Origin: a virus
Lineage: Duplodnaviria; Caudoviricetes
Virus record (IMG/VR): IMGVR_UViG_3300034065_000102
Coordinates: 1 to 38,799 of that record
Length of the DNA stretch: 38,799 bases
Direction: 5' to 3' (one strand)
The stretch's first letter is position 1; each line of letters starts with the position of its first letter. The position numbers were made by a program, and so were the translations under genes. The notes below the pieces were generated by a model. That model was not told where the DNA came from. It saw nothing but the letters and a program-made list of their open reading frames with translations, and searched no databases. Below are positions 1 through 9,805 of the stretch, in pieces.

Positions 1-11
1 AGTTTCCGAGG
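1..11. repeat. Terminal direct repeat AGTTTCCGAGG (second copy 38789-38799)
   Basis: Exact match of first and last 11 nt. Confidence 0.9.
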
Positions 12-217
12 TGCCTTTTTTCTCTTTTCGCATTTTGGGGCAATGAAACTACTGTTTTTGGCATGAATCTTGATTCTAGCGCAACAGTGGACCCGGGATC
101 GGGTGATGCGCCACGCGTGCCCGCTCGCCCTTTCGGGCTTCGCTTCGCCAATAGTGCCGATCTTGCGGTTTGCTTCGAGCCGGTCAACAATGCTAGTTTC
201 ATGCCAACCTCCACAAA

Positions 218-622
218 ATGATCATGATCGAGGATTCGCAGCGACCTGACGGCGCCGATGACGCGGAAATGGACACGATCCCAGCCCCGGAACCGGCCGA
301 TGAACGTGACGAGGATCGGTGCCGCATCGTCGAGTGGTTTGAGCGGTCGGCGTGCATCCTCAATGCCCGGCTCGACAACTGCCAGAGCGAGCGGCAGGTG
401 CGCATGGCGGTGTGCGCGTGGCAGTTCGCCTTGGGGTTCCGGGTGAGCGCCGGAGCAACCATCACCGAGTGCGCGAAGCGATTTGGCGTCACCAAGGCCG
501 CGTTCACCAAGTCGGTAAACCATTTTGAGGAGCTGTCCCGGCTCGACCCACTTCCCGGCCAGCGGAAGGCGGGGGCGCGGAGGCAAATGAGCGCGGCCAG
601 ATCGCGCCAGTTGATTCGGTAA
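218..622 (+). CDS. Hypothetical protein with probable C-terminal HTH (possible late regulator)
   Basis: TITECAKRFGVTKAAFTKSV is HTH-like; first gene of the + operon. Confidence 0.55.
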   Translation: MIMIEDSQRPDGADDAEMDTIPAPEPADERDEDRCRIVEWFERSACILNARLDNCQSERQVRMAVCAWQFALGFRVSAGATITECAKRFGVTKAAFTKSVNHFEELSRLDPLPGQRKAGARRQMSAARSRQLIR

Positions 623-671
623 TGTCGGTAATGTCGGTAATGTCGGTAATGTCGGTAATGTCGGTAATGTC
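616..671. repeat. Perfect tandem repeat (TCGGTAATG)x6
   Basis: Read directly; begins over the stop of 218-622 and fills most of the intergenic gap. Confidence 0.95.
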
Positions 672-683
672 CCACCAAAACAA

Positions 684-1229
684 ATGCACACCCTAGACGT
701 AGCAGCAACAAAAACCCACTTCGCCGCCGTGTCCACCGACTGGGAAGAAGTCCGGCGACTTGTAAAGCAGTCTGCGGAGACTGAGGTCGCGGCGATGAAC
801 CTGCTTCGCGGGATTGGCATCAGCCTTCAATCCGCGGCCAAGCGCGAACAGATTTCGATGGCGTTCCTCGAGGCCCACAAAGACGACCTCCCCGGGTCGC
901 TGACACTCAAGGCGGCGCGGCTCGCTGTGCATCTGGCACAGACAAACCCGGAGCCAATCAAGACCCTTGGTGAGGCCCGGGCGGCGCGGCAAATGATGTT
1001 CAGCGTGTTTGGCGAGGCGGAGATCCCCCACCGGAAAACCGCGCAGATCGCGCGCGGACACAACCCGTGGAGTGAGTTCGTTGCGGTCTCCGCAACGCTC
1101 ACCGGTCTGTTCTCGACGCTGGAAGAGACGCCGATGGAGGATTGGGGCCGGGCGAACCTCGAAACATTCGTGCGCGAGACCGAGCCGATTGTGGCGAGGC
1201 ACCAACGGGCAAAGGGAATCCTTGCGTGA
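684..1229 (+). CDS. Hypothetical protein
   Basis: 181-aa ORF, A/C-rich leader, stop overlaps next GTG. Confidence 0.7.
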   Translation: MHTLDVAATKTHFAAVSTDWEEVRRLVKQSAETEVAAMNLLRGIGISLQSAAKREQISMAFLEAHKDDLPGSLTLKAARLAVHLAQTNPEPIKTLGEARAARQMMFSVFGEAEIPHRKTAQIARGHNPWSEFVAVSATLTGLFSTLEETPMEDWGRANLETFVRETEPIVARHQRAKGILA

Positions 1230-1771
1230 GTGCGTCACTCAGCATCACCGACATGGTGCACGCAACCGGGATGACCCGGCAGACGATTGCGCAGCACCTC
1301 GACACGCTCGGCATTGACCCGGTGGAGACGCGGCAGAACGGGCGGGTCAAACGCTACCCAATGGAGGCACTCGAGCAGATCCGACCGCTCAAGCGCAAAT
1401 CAGCCCACAAGGGGGACCCACTCGCCGGGGGGTCGGAGAACATCGACCCGGACACGGGATTAACGTGGGCGCAGGCCAGGATGCGGGAGGAGACGCTGGA
1501 AAAGCGGATGGCCCGGGAGGATGAAGAACGGCGGCAGAGCGACGAATGGATCGATGCCGAATCCCACAGCGAGGCGCTGGCATCCATTGTTAGCCGGCTG
1601 GAACAATTGCCCGGCCGGTTCCGGTCCGAGCTTGGACTGAGCGACGCGCAGGAGGTGGCACTGCGGCGGGCGCTTGACCAAATCAGAAACGAGGCGGCGG
1701 AGGAAGTTGAAACGAAGAAACCGAAATGCGACAATTCACCCGAACCAACCGCAGACTCGCATCCGCTTTAA
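1226..1771 (+). CDS. Terminase small subunit (Nu1-like)
   Basis: N-terminal wHTH (SITDMVHATGMTRQTIAQHL), coiled coil, directly upstream of TerL; GTG start chosen from GTGA overlap. Confidence 0.75.
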   Translation: MSASLSITDMVHATGMTRQTIAQHLDTLGIDPVETRQNGRVKRYPMEALEQIRPLKRKSAHKGDPLAGGSENIDPDTGLTWAQARMREETLEKRMAREDEERRQSDEWIDAESHSEALASIVSRLEQLPGRFRSELGLSDAQEVALRRALDQIRNEAAEEVETKKPKCDNSPEPTADSHPL

Positions 1772-3828
1772 TTCGCCCGCCGCCCCGGCTCATGCCGAGC
1801 GAATGGGCGGAGCGGTTCGCGTACGTGCCACCCGAAGGCAACGCGGAGCCCGGGAAATGGACCCCGGAGCGCATGCCGTGGCAGGCGGCCATGCTCGACG
1901 ATCTAGAGTCGCCCGCGGTAAACGAGGTGTTCTGGCGCATGGCCTCGCAGTATTCCGGCAAGACGCTAATGATGATCTTCGCAACGGAATACTTTATCTC
2001 TTACAGGCGCCAGTCGGTGGTGTTGTCGCGGGACACACAAGACCGGGCAAAGACTTGGATGCGGGACAAGTTCGACCCAACAGTGGCGGCAACCCCGGTG
2101 ATGGATGGCATCCTCAAAAAGCCACGGTCAAGCGGCAGCGAATCAACCGTGGTGCACCGCAAGTATCCGGGGGGCAGCCTGAATGTCATCGGGGCCAAGA
2201 GCGACGGCGCTTTCCGTTCCTACTCCGCGCCGAACATCTTTCAGGACGAGGTATCGTCTTACGAAGCCAACAAGGAGGGCGATCCGTGCAAGCTCATTGA
2301 TCGCGGGTCCAAGACGTTCGCCAGCGCGCGAAAGCTCAAATGCTCAACCCCGACGCTCAAAGGATTCTGCCGCATCACGTCGGGGTATGAATCCGGGGAC
2401 CAACAGAAATACTTCGTCCCCTGCCCGTGTTGCGGGGCGATGCAACCACTCGACTTCTTCCGCGTCAAATTCTCATTCTCGCACGAGGAGTCGGCGCGCA
2501 TTGACGCTCCGGGATACCATCCCAACTCATTCGCATGGCAGCTACCGAGCGACCCCACAGACCCGTCAAAATGCAACCTGCCGGTGAGGCGAACAGCCGA
2601 CGCGATCTATGTCTGCGCCAACTGTCAGCACGGATGGACAGACGCGCAGCGCATGGCGTCCATCCTTTCCGGCCACCCGCGGAACCCCGCCGTCGTTGTA
2701 AGCGGCACCCCACTGCGCGCCGAATGGCGGGCCACCGCCCCATTCTCCGGGACCCGCTCCCGCGATCTCGAGGGGACATACGGGCTAATCGGACTGAATA
2801 CGCAGGTGCATTCCAGCTACCTACACCGATGGGCGGAGGAATTCATAAGCGCGGCAAAGGGCGGAACGGATACCCTCATGGCGTGGTGGAACATGTTTTA
2901 TTGCAAGGAGTGGGAGGACCGCGGGGAGAAGATAGACTGGGCATCATTACCCGAACGCGCCGAGGATTACGACGCAGAGACAGAGCTTCCGCCGCAATGC
3001 GTCTGGTGGGACATCGCTTGCGACGTGCAGGAAAACCGGGTTGAGGCGCTCTCTCTGGGTTACGGCGAAGGGGATGAAAGGTGGGTCTTGGCGCATGACG
3101 TGTTCTGGGGCGACTTCGACATGCCCGAAATGCAAGACAGGGTATGGGCATTCCTGCACGGGAAAACGTTCAAGCATCCAATCCTGGGGCCGATGCCGTG
3201 GGCCGTAACTGGCATTGACTGCGGGCACCAGACCCGGGAGAGGGCGGTTTACAAGTTTTGCGGCAAACACCGCCTCGCCAACGTCAACGCGGTCCGAGGT
3301 TATGACGAGGTGGGTGGCGCGATCTACCGGGCCAAAAAAGAGAAGGTCAACGGCGGCATGGTGATCGACCTCGCAACCGATTACCTCAAGACGACGATTT
3401 TCGACTCGCTGAGAAAGCAGGAACCGGGGGCGGGGTTCATCCATTTTCCCAAAGAACGGGATGGAAAGTTCGGCCCAGACTTCTACGCGCAAATCTGCTC
3501 GGAGAAGCGGGTGATGGTCCGCGTCGGTCAGGGACACGTCCGTCGGTGGGTGAAGAACACCAGCAGCGTCCGAAACGAAGTCCTCGACATGCTGGTCTAT
3601 GCGCACGGCCTCGCGGAGTTCTGCCGGGACTGGAGACCGCGCGAGATTGCCGAAAGGTGGGCGCGAGTCAAAAAGGAAATAGCAACCGCGAACCCGCCCG
3701 AACGCGTTGAAAGCCGCACTGTGACGATAGGGCAGGCGATGGAGCGAAAACAACCCGACCTCGTTCGCAGGACGTTCGGTGCCCCCCGCCGGGTGGTCCA
3801 GTTCGCCCGCCCCATTCGCCGCTTCTGA
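1726..3828 (+). CDS. Terminase large subunit, lambda GpA family
   Basis: PSEWAE, PWQ, Walker A-like ASQYSGKT, Walker B FQDEV, STPT, YFVPCPCCG, DVQENR, IDCG, RNEVLD. Confidence 0.95.
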   Translation: MRQFTRTNRRLASALIRPPPRLMPSEWAERFAYVPPEGNAEPGKWTPERMPWQAAMLDDLESPAVNEVFWRMASQYSGKTLMMIFATEYFISYRRQSVVLSRDTQDRAKTWMRDKFDPTVAATPVMDGILKKPRSSGSESTVVHRKYPGGSLNVIGAKSDGAFRSYSAPNIFQDEVSSYEANKEGDPCKLIDRGSKTFASARKLKCSTPTLKGFCRITSGYESGDQQKYFVPCPCCGAMQPLDFFRVKFSFSHEESARIDAPGYHPNSFAWQLPSDPTDPSKCNLPVRRTADAIYVCANCQHGWTDAQRMASILSGHPRNPAVVVSGTPLRAEWRATAPFSGTRSRDLEGTYGLIGLNTQVHSSYLHRWAEEFISAAKGGTDTLMAWWNMFYCKEWEDRGEKIDWASLPERAEDYDAETELPPQCVWWDIACDVQENRVEALSLGYGEGDERWVLAHDVFWGDFDMPEMQDRVWAFLHGKTFKHPILGPMPWAVTGIDCGHQTRERAVYKFCGKHRLANVNAVRGYDEVGGAIYRAKKEKVNGGMVIDLATDYLKTTIFDSLRKQEPGAGFIHFPKERDGKFGPDFYAQICSEKRVMVRVGQGHVRRWVKNTSSVRNEVLDMLVYAHGLAEFCRDWRPREIAERWARVKKEIATANPPERVESRTVTIGQAMERKQPDLVRRTFGAPRRVVQFARPIRRF

Positions 3829-3847
3829 TTGACTTCTAGTCCTAGGT

Positions 3848-4474
3848 GTGGCCGCACCGCTAGCACGGGAACCGATTGATTTTACGGCAGGGGACACGCT
3901 GAGTTTCCAGCGCGTGCTCCCGGACTATCCCGCCAGTGGATGGTCGCTCGATTACGAGATCCGGGGTGTCGGCGCGGTCCCCATCTCGTTCCAAAGCCAA
4001 CCGACCTCCGACTATTCCGGCCTCAACGTCACGGTGGACAGCGCCACCACTGCCGCATGGCAGCCCGGGCAGGCCTTGCTTGTCGGCTACGCATGCTCGA
4101 CCACCAGCGATGAACGCCACCAAATCTACTACGGCGAGCTGACGATCCGGCCGAACATCCAAGGCAGCCGCGGGGACATCAACGTAAAGACGCATGCGCA
4201 GAAGATGCTGGCCAACATCGAGGCCGTCCTTGAAGGGTCCGCGTCGGACGATCTACTCGAGTCCCGAATCGGTGAAACCTCATTCCGGCGCATGACGCGC
4301 AAGGAGTTGATGGAATGGCGGGGCGTCTATAGCAATGAGCGCCGGGCCGAGATCCAAGCCGAGCGCGCAGCGAACGGACAGCCCACCGGAAACAAGATCC
4401 GATCCCGCATGAGCATCATCGGTGTTGGCTGGCCTTCCGCTGGTGTTTACCCCTACAACCCGAATCAACAGTGA
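3848..4474 (+). CDS. Head completion / gpW-like protein
   Basis: Between TerL and portal; C-terminal ESRIGETSFRRMTRKELM resembles gpW-like proteins. Confidence 0.55.
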   Translation: MAAPLAREPIDFTAGDTLSFQRVLPDYPASGWSLDYEIRGVGAVPISFQSQPTSDYSGLNVTVDSATTAAWQPGQALLVGYACSTTSDERHQIYYGELTIRPNIQGSRGDINVKTHAQKMLANIEAVLEGSASDDLLESRIGETSFRRMTRKELMEWRGVYSNERRAEIQAERAANGQPTGNKIRSRMSIIGVGWPSAGVYPYNPNQQ

Positions 4475-6180
4475 AACTCCCCTGGTTCAATAAGTCAAAG
4501 AAAAGCCCAGTTACAGGGAAGGTTATGATCCCGAACCGGGCAATGCCAGAGCACGCAAGGGTCATCCGCCAGCTTGGCGGGCGCATGGTCCGCATGTATG
4601 AGGCTGCGATAACGAACAATCGCAACTCTGATTTCCAGATCGTAATCAGCAACGCCGACGCGGAGATATTCACGTCCACGATGCCAGTGCGGTCCCGTTC
4701 CCGCACACTGGCAAGGGACAACCCCTACGCATCCTCGATCCTCCGAACCGCCCGCGCAAACGTTGGTGGCCATGACCCGTTCCGGCTTGAAATGAAAGTC
4801 GGGAAGTGGGTCGGTGGGAAGTTCGTTGAGGAGACGGAAACGAACCGGCTAATCGAGCAGGAATGGGAGATCGCCGGACTCCCGGAGAACTGCACCACCC
4901 GCAGGGACATCAGCCGGACCGAGCTTTACCTGCAAGCCATCACATCGGTTTACCGGGATGGTGGGGTGATGGGCAGGCACCGCCGCGGCTACGCGAAGAA
5001 CAAATACGGCTACGCGTTGCAGCCGTTGGAGGTTGACCGGCTTGATCATTACTTCAACGGGAAGAACGAGGCCAACGGCAACAAGATTACGCTCTCGGTT
5101 GAGAAGGACGAATATGACGGCGTGGAAGCCTACTGGCTGCTGACCAAGCACCCGGGCGCAATCTTCGATTCTTGGAACGTCGGAAAAACCACCAAGACGC
5201 GGGAGCGTGTCGACGCCAAAGACATGCTTGTGATCTGGGATCTCAGGGACCGCGCAGAGCAGACGGTCGGGATCTCCCGCCTCCACAGTGTCAGCAAGCG
5301 GTTGCATCAGATCGACCAATTCGACGAGGCGCACGTAATGGCGGCCATCCTGGGGACGTGTAAGGCGTTCTTCATTTGCCAGGAGTTCCCGCAGGCAACG
5401 GAGTATGTCCCCGACTTCATCAAGTCCGCAATGCAAGGGGCGTCCGCGGATTATGCCGACATCGGGGCCGGGCAGGGAGACAAGATGGACAACCTCGAAC
5501 CGGGTCAAGCCACCGTCTTGCCATGGGGCCAGAAGCCAATGCTGCTCGATCCGGCGTTCCCCGTCCAGTCGGCAACCGGATTCAAGAAAGACAGCCTGCG
5601 CGCCGCAGTGTCCGGGGCCGGTGCCCCGTATCACGAAGTCGGGCAAGACCTAGAATCGGTCAACTTCAGTTCTGGGCGTCTGGGCCTTGAGGCATGCCGC
5701 GACAACTGGAAGATCGACCAAGAGCTTTTTATTGACTACTATGCGCGCCCCCACTTCAACGAGTGGCTCCGCGCCGCGATCTCAAACGGCTCTCTGCCAC
5801 TGCCGCCGTCGCGACTCGAGGAGTTCCAACGCGCCGCGAACTTCAACGGACGCCGATGGGACTACATCCAGCCAGTGCAGGATGCCGAGGCCGACATCAT
5901 GCTGATCGAGGCTGGCATCACCAGCCGGGACGCGGTGATCCGGGAACGCGGTGGCAAGGGTGTTGAGGACGTTGACTCCCAAATTGCCAGCGATAGGACA
6001 TGCGATGAAAAACACGGTCTCGATTTCCAGCCACCCACAAAGCCGAGCATGGCCACGGGAGACCCGAGCCAAGCCGCAACCGGCCAGCCAGAAAAGCCAG
6101 GTGGAGACGACCCCGCGCCCAAAAACGGGAAAGCCCACCCGAACGGTTTCCACCGCCGTGGCGGGCTTCTCCGAGGTTGA
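4471..6180 (+). CDS. Portal protein, lambda family
   Basis: RSRSRTLARDNPYA, DLESVNFSSGRLG, RWDYIQPVQD. Confidence 0.93.
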   Translation: MKLPWFNKSKKSPVTGKVMIPNRAMPEHARVIRQLGGRMVRMYEAAITNNRNSDFQIVISNADAEIFTSTMPVRSRSRTLARDNPYASSILRTARANVGGHDPFRLEMKVGKWVGGKFVEETETNRLIEQEWEIAGLPENCTTRRDISRTELYLQAITSVYRDGGVMGRHRRGYAKNKYGYALQPLEVDRLDHYFNGKNEANGNKITLSVEKDEYDGVEAYWLLTKHPGAIFDSWNVGKTTKTRERVDAKDMLVIWDLRDRAEQTVGISRLHSVSKRLHQIDQFDEAHVMAAILGTCKAFFICQEFPQATEYVPDFIKSAMQGASADYADIGAGQGDKMDNLEPGQATVLPWGQKPMLLDPAFPVQSATGFKKDSLRAAVSGAGAPYHEVGQDLESVNFSSGRLGLEACRDNWKIDQELFIDYYARPHFNEWLRAAISNGSLPLPPSRLEEFQRAANFNGRRWDYIQPVQDAEADIMLIEAGITSRDAVIRERGGKGVEDVDSQIASDRTCDEKHGLDFQPPTKPSMATGDPSQAATGQPEKPGGDDPAPKNGKAHPNGFHRRGGLLRG

Positions 6181-6433
6181 CGGCCACGGCCTGCGCGTCC
6201 GACTAAACCCGGAGCGCGAGCAGTGCGAGGCGAGACTCACGCGCTGACAATTTAGGCGGGTAATCATAGGCCGGGAGTCGGCCCCGGGGGCGAGCGGTCC
6301 CGCCATAAATCTGCAAGCTGCTCGCCTGGACATTGCGCCGTCAACTCGGCTAAGTGCGCGACAAGTTGAAACCGCGTCGGGATGTTCCGGCGCGGTTTCC
6401 GCGTTCAGTGAGTTGACTCCGCGCCGCCTTGTG

Positions 6434-8338
6434 ATGGATGACACCAACAAGGGATTGTACCGATCCTTCCGCGCTGACAGAGCCAAACTGGACGCCGAAG
6501 CGCGAACGGTGGAGCTTGCCTTTTCGTCCGAGTCGCCAATTGAACGGTGGGGCGAAAACGAAGTGCTTGGCCACGGAGACGGCGAATACGATTTCAGCCG
6601 AATAGCTGGCGGGGATCACCCCCTTCTGGCTGGCCACAACGAGCACGATCCGGACGCGCAGATCGGCGTGGTTGAGTCGGCGCGCGTTGACGGGGACAAG
6701 ACTGGACGGGCGATTGTCCGGTTCTCAAAGTCCCCCAAAGGCGAGGAATATTTCAACGACGTCAAGGACGGCATTCGCAAGCTGGTTAGCGTCGGATACG
6801 ACCGCACTGGCATTGTGAGTTCCGACAAAGACAAGACCTCCGGAATGGTAACAACCCGCTATCGGTGGTCCCCGACGCACATCGCAATTGTCCCCGTCCC
6901 CGCAGATACCAAGGCCGGAATCGGCCGCTCAGTGGTTGACTCCGCAACAGAATCACACAGAAAACATATGCCCGAAACCACACTTGACCCACTGATCGCG
7001 GAGCGTTCCCGCACCAAGGAGATCCACGCCGCGGCGGATCTGCTGGAAAAGGACTACGGCAGCCGCACCGATGACACCGGGAAACTGATGCGTGATCGCA
7101 TCCGGTCGCTGGTGGCTGAGGCGTGCGGAACCGACATGCCGCTGACGGTGTTCCAGAACCGCGCCATGACGGACATTCTGCGCGCCAAGGAGGCCAAACC
7201 ACTGTTCGCGGCCGAGGGTTCCGACAAGGATTTCACCAAGGGGTATAGCCTCCAGCGGGCGTTCCAGAGTTGCGCCCGGCAGATGGACGACCGCAAGGAA
7301 AGCAAGGCGGCGATCCCTGACGGCCTCGAAGGCGAGTATCACCAGGAGTTCGTTCGGCGCGCCAAGGGTTCCGCTGGAGGCATGGGATTCAATCCCGGCG
7401 GCTTCCAAATGCCCCTCGACGCGTGCGTTCCGATGCCCCGTGATCGCGGGTTGCGCCGGCGCATTGGCCGTGACATGCAGTCCAGCATCTTCGCCCAGGG
7501 CGGCGCGCTGGTGCCAACGAATCTCGTTGTGCCAGTGATCGAGCTGCTGCGTAACGTCGCGGTCCTCCCGCAAGTCGGCATCCGCACAATGGCCGGTCTC
7601 ACGGGCAACATCGTGATCCCCCGGCAGGATGCCCCAGCCACCGCCTACTGCGTCCCCGAGATTGGGCAGCTTACGGCGAGCCAGCAGGTTCTCGGACAGA
7701 TCGCCATGAGCCCTAAGCGGGTTGGCAGCACGGAGGTTTACAGCAAGCAGTTGCTGCTCCAGTCCACGCCCGACGCCGAGGCTTTCATCCGGGACGACCA
7801 TCTGAAGATGCTGGCCCTCAAGAAGGACTACCTCGGCCTGAACGGGCAGGGGGCCAACTCGGAGCCGTTGGGCGTGATGAACACCCCCGGCATCGGAGCG
7901 ATCATCTTCGGTGGCACCCCCACCTACAAGCAAATGATCGCAATGGAGACCACACTGCGGACGTTGAACGTCGTCGGGGATCTGGCCTATGTGTCCACCC
8001 CCAGCGCCAAGGGCGACCTGAAGGGTGTCGCGGAGGCCCTGACCGGAGCCACCACCATTGGTGGGCGTCAGAATGCCATCTGGCAGGGCGGCGGCGTCGA
8101 GGAGGGCACCGTCAACGGGTATCTCGCAATCGACAGCAACCAGGTTCCGAACAACCAGATGATCCTGGGTCAGTGGGACGACCTTATCGAAGCCATGTGG
8201 GGCGGGCTTGACGTGGTGGTCGACATTTTCACCAAGGCGGCTTACGGCGAGATCGTCATCACGTTCAACCTCTGGCTCGATTACGCCGTCCGGCACCCGC
8301 AGGCGTTCATCGTTTCGGCCGACGCCGCGAATCAGTAA
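6434..8338 (+). CDS. Prohead protease-scaffold-major capsid protein fusion (HK97 fold)
   Basis: Protease motifs RTVELAFSSE, LLAGHN, VSVGY, VPVPAD; capsid motifs GGALVPT, NGQGANSEPLGVMN, DYAVRHPQAF. ORF track starts at TTG 6413; GTG 6431/ATG 6434 more likely. Confidence 0.92.
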   Translation: MDDTNKGLYRSFRADRAKLDAEARTVELAFSSESPIERWGENEVLGHGDGEYDFSRIAGGDHPLLAGHNEHDPDAQIGVVESARVDGDKTGRAIVRFSKSPKGEEYFNDVKDGIRKLVSVGYDRTGIVSSDKDKTSGMVTTRYRWSPTHIAIVPVPADTKAGIGRSVVDSATESHRKHMPETTLDPLIAERSRTKEIHAAADLLEKDYGSRTDDTGKLMRDRIRSLVAEACGTDMPLTVFQNRAMTDILRAKEAKPLFAAEGSDKDFTKGYSLQRAFQSCARQMDDRKESKAAIPDGLEGEYHQEFVRRAKGSAGGMGFNPGGFQMPLDACVPMPRDRGLRRRIGRDMQSSIFAQGGALVPTNLVVPVIELLRNVAVLPQVGIRTMAGLTGNIVIPRQDAPATAYCVPEIGQLTASQQVLGQIAMSPKRVGSTEVYSKQLLLQSTPDAEAFIRDDHLKMLALKKDYLGLNGQGANSEPLGVMNTPGIGAIIFGGTPTYKQMIAMETTLRTLNVVGDLAYVSTPSAKGDLKGVAEALTGATTIGGRQNAIWQGGGVEEGTVNGYLAIDSNQVPNNQMILGQWDDLIEAMWGGLDVVVDIFTKAAYGEIVITFNLWLDYAVRHPQAFIVSADAANQ

Positions 8339-8371
8339 CCAACCGCAACCGACACCGGAAACACACACGAA

Positions 8372-8995
8372 ATGAAACGCATCCTTTTGCTTGTGGCGGC
8401 ACTGTTCGCCGTCACCGCCAACACCGAAGCCGCCCCTGGGTTTGACATGTTCTCCGCGCCGCGGACGCTCGTTCTCGCCGCGCCAACCGCCTACACGGGC
8501 AGCACGGCCAGCAACGCGCTTTGCGACATCCGAATGCTGACTGGCGTCGGGAAGATCGACCTCTTCGCGTTCACCAACGGCGCCGGGACCGCGCCGATCA
8601 CGGCTACCGTCACGGTGTCGAACGATCAAACCAATTGGAGCACGCTCACCAACGCTTCGTTCTCCACCCCCGCCAGCACCATCTACACGAACTATTACTG
8701 GGGGTACAACACGAATGTCAGCGGTGGTTACTACCCCGTTGGCGGCATCGCGGCCACCCAGACGTGGAACTATCCCGGAGTCTCGGCCACGCCGAGCGCG
8801 CCGAGCGCCGGGTTCGCCACGCCATACCTGGCCCCGGCGTTCTTCACCAATAGCGCGGCGGTGGTGTTGAGTAACAACATCATCTCAATCGGATTCGTCG
8901 TCGATGACGCGCCGCGGTATGTGCGCGTGCAATGGAGCGGCGCTCCGACCGGGACGGTGGGCGCCATCCTCACCGCTCAGAAGAGTAACCAGTAA
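8372..8995 (+). CDS. Signal-peptide-bearing beta-rich protein at head-decoration position
   Basis: MKRILLLVAALFAVTANTEA-A Sec-like signal; T/N/S/A rich; PRYVRV near C-terminus. Confidence 0.7.
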   Translation: MKRILLLVAALFAVTANTEAAPGFDMFSAPRTLVLAAPTAYTGSTASNALCDIRMLTGVGKIDLFAFTNGAGTAPITATVTVSNDQTNWSTLTNASFSTPASTIYTNYYWGYNTNVSGGYYPVGGIAATQTWNYPGVSATPSAPSAGFATPYLAPAFFTNSAAVVLSNNIISIGFVVDDAPRYVRVQWSGAPTGTVGAILTAQKSNQ

Positions 8996-9022
8996 CCCGG
9001 CGGGCGAACCCAAAACAAATCT

Positions 9023-9418
9023 ATGGAACTAATCGCAATTCGTGACTTCGCCCGTGTTCAGGGCATGCAGATCATCAACGTCGGAACCGAAGGCGTTGCT
9101 CACAAGGTGGAAGGGCGCAAAGACAACTGCCTGCACGATAACCACGTTCACAAGGGTGCCCGGTTCTCCCTCGGAAACTGGCCACCCGAGGAACTCAACA
9201 TCAACCCGATCAACGACGAAAAGAAGCTGGCGTCCATGCTGATTTTCGGCCACTGCGCGGTTGAGGCCACCGAGAAGAACATCAAGCGCGTCATGGCCGA
9301 TGTTGAGGCCGACAAGCGACGGGCCGCGAATCACGCCCGCCTCGAGCAGCAGGCCGCGCAACGGCTCCAGCAGCAGGCGACGATTGCCGAGGCGCAACTC
9401 GCCAAGGCTGATAAATAA
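9023..9418 (+). CDS. Hypothetical head-region protein
   Basis: 131-aa ORF with A-rich leader, followed by terminator. Confidence 0.7.
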   Translation: MELIAIRDFARVQGMQIINVGTEGVAHKVEGRKDNCLHDNHVHKGARFSLGNWPPEELNINPINDEKKLASMLIFGHCAVEATEKNIKRVMADVEADKRRAANHARLEQQAAQRLQQQATIAEAQLAKADK

Positions 9419-9439
9419 CTTCGGGTTGCATGGGCACAC

Positions 9440-9478
9440 GCCCGCCGCCGTTCCTCCGCGGCGGCGGGCTTTTCTTTT
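9440..9478 (+). terminator. Intrinsic terminator after capsid cluster
   Basis: GCCCGCCGCCG/CGGCGGCGGGC 11-bp stem then TTTTCTTTT. Confidence 0.85.
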
Positions 9479-9805
9479 GTGGACTACTACGCCGCACACG
9501 CCAGGGGATTGGCTCAAACCCAGACCATCCTTGGAACCGCGTGCCCGGTCATCAACTGGCAGGGGGCAAACTACCCAGTGATCCCCGGAACAGCGGCGCG
9601 CAAGAAAGACGCGCAGATGGGCGGCTTTGAGCCGGACTGCGACCTTGTTTTCGACTGCCTGTCCTCGACGTTCCCGGGTGGGTCCCCAACGCAGCAGAAC
9701 AGGATCGGCTACCTCGGCAACACCTACCGCGTTCGGAGCGTTGGAACCAAGCCGGGCGCGCTTATTCTGCACTTCCAGTGCATCGATGCGAACCAAGGAT
9801 CGTGA
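9479..9805 (+). CDS. Head-tail joining / head closure protein (gpFII-like)
   Basis: Size, synteny, RIGYLGNTYRVRSV beta pattern. Confidence 0.55.
   Translation: MDYYAAHARGLAQTQTILGTACPVINWQGANYPVIPGTAARKKDAQMGGFEPDCDLVFDCLSSTFPGGSPTQQNRIGYLGNTYRVRSVGTKPGALILHFQCIDANQGS

Noticed and set aside
199-711. - strand ORFs with HYR or DIT repeats
   Set aside because: Translations of the 9-bp tandem repeat, antisense to the packaging operon
6953-8629. Long antisense ORFs (also 16960-18507, 2947-3897, 36564-37838)
   Set aside because: High-GC shadow frames opposite better-supported genes
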